A stretch of DNA of 56,177 bases. Source: Myxococcales bacterium (GTDB taxonomy: Bacteria > Myxococcota_A > Polyangia > Polyangiales > SLQV01). Positions 55,431 to 56,177 of this stretch are shown here, in pieces. The stretch's first letter is position 1. The number at the start of each line of letters is the position of its first letter. The notes under the pieces are model-generated. The model did not search any database and was not told the origin of the DNA. It was given only the letters and a program-made list of their open reading frames with translations. The stretch covers positions 1-56,177 of the forward strand of contig SLEO01000019.1 in the NCBI GenBank assembly GCA_007124745.1, in the 5' to 3' direction. The translations under genes and the position numbers were made by a program.

Positions 55431-56177
55431 CTAGCTGGCGCGGGTGCCGGGGGGGGCGTCGATGGTGGGGTTGAGCACGCCGAGGTTGGTCCCGTCTTTG
55501 ACGGCGAGGACCATGCCTTGGGACACTTCGCCCATCATCTTGCGGGGCTTTAGGTTAGCCACCACGAGGAGTGCTTGCCCTACCAGCGCTTCGGGTGCGT
55601 AGAACTGGCGGATTCCCGCAAGGATCTGGCGCGGTTCGGCTTCGCCGATGTCTACCTTGAGGCGCAAGAGCTTATCGCTCTTGGGCATCGTTTCTGCGCT
55701 GAGCACGCGGCCGACGCGTAGGTCGACTTTGGCGAAGTCATCGAAGTCGATAAGCGCGGACGTTGTCTCTTCCGCGTCCTTGTCAGCTGCGCCGGACGCA
55801 CCCTTCGGGCTTGAGGCTGCCGTTGCTGCCGTGGGGGTCTTTTCAAGGGCTTTCGCTGCGCTCGTGTTCATCGGCTTTCCTTGTTTCGGTGAGGTATTCG
55901 CCGGCCCTGTGCTGCTTGGAGGCGCATCGGAATCGGCCTTGGTGCTCGGTTTGAACTGGTTGACGACCGCCGGGTCGAGTCGTGGGAAGAGGCCGATGTT
56001 CACGTTGACCTTGAGGCCGGGCTGGAGGCCGCCCCAGGTATCCTCCGGCCAGAGGTCGAGGCGGGGCGTCGGCGTGAGTGGCGGCAGGCCCATCAGGTCG
56101 CGCAGTTCGCCGGCTTTGCGCGGCATCACCGGCGTGACGAGCACGCTCACCATGCGCAAGACTTCGAGCACGTGGTA
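55431..56177 (-). CDS. metG: methionine--tRNA ligase, C-terminal part (partial, continues beyond window)
   Basis: It has the end of the anticodon-binding domain, a low-complexity linker, and a C-terminal Trbp111/EMAP-type tRNA-binding domain ([16 protein letters not shown]...[23 protein letters not shown]). The frame is open to the window edge. Confidence 0.88.
   Translation of the reverse strand, partial: YHVLEVLRMVSVLVTPVMPRKAGELRDLMGLPPLTPTPRLDLWPEDTWGGLQPGLKVNVNIGLFPRLDPAVVNQFKPSTKADSDAPPSSTGPANTSPKQGKPMNTSAAKALEKTPTAATAASSPKGASGAADKDAEETTSALIDFDDFAKVDLRVGRVLSAETMPKSDKLLRLKVDIGEAEPRQILAGIRQFYAPEALVGQALLVVANLKPRKMMGEVSQGMVLAVKDGTNLGVLNPTIDAPPGTRAS

Overview
GC-rich bacterial chromosomal segment. 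The gene content (PilB, an FHA/sigma-54 activator, a DUF4388 response regulator, Cys-motif lipoproteins, FG-GAP and Asp-box propellers) suggests a Myxococcota- or Bradymonadota-like lineage; this is inference only. I can support about 40 CDS.

Housekeeping genes: proC, pepP, pckA, scoAB, carA, pilB, a PNP, folE-like, ruvA/ruvC/yebC, gcvH/gcvPA, trxB and the 3' part of metG. These are interleaved with lineage-specific secreted proteins and lipoproteins and with signalling genes.

I recognised no rRNA, tRNA, CRISPR array, transposase, integrase or phage genes.

The strongest signal not explained by genes is non-coding. There are at least four families of small palindromic or TIR-bounded elements.
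- Family A has 4 copies. One has 16-bp TIRs and an 8-bp target-site duplication (TSD).
- Family B has 2 copies, each with a 9-bp TSD.
- Family C has 1 copy, with 29-bp perfect TIRs and a TA duplication.
- Element D is a 167-bp element with 32-bp perfect inverted arms.
At 45876-46363, B and C are both inserted inside an A copy.

The two B copies bracket a three-gene block: an NPP-type phosphodiesterase, a GT-B glycosyltransferase, and a cytoplasmic PQQ-like propeller protein with an unassigned 400-aa N-domain. This block is my best candidate for an uncharacterised functional module. The evidence is contextual only.

A 10-bp tandem repeat at 13433-13512 gives 14 GGG runs with 2-nt loops on the transcribed strand between carA and scoA, so it has strong G-quadruplex potential.

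All functional calls rest on motifs read by eye from the ORF translations. No database search was possible. Start codons are frequently uncertain in this GC-rich sequence.
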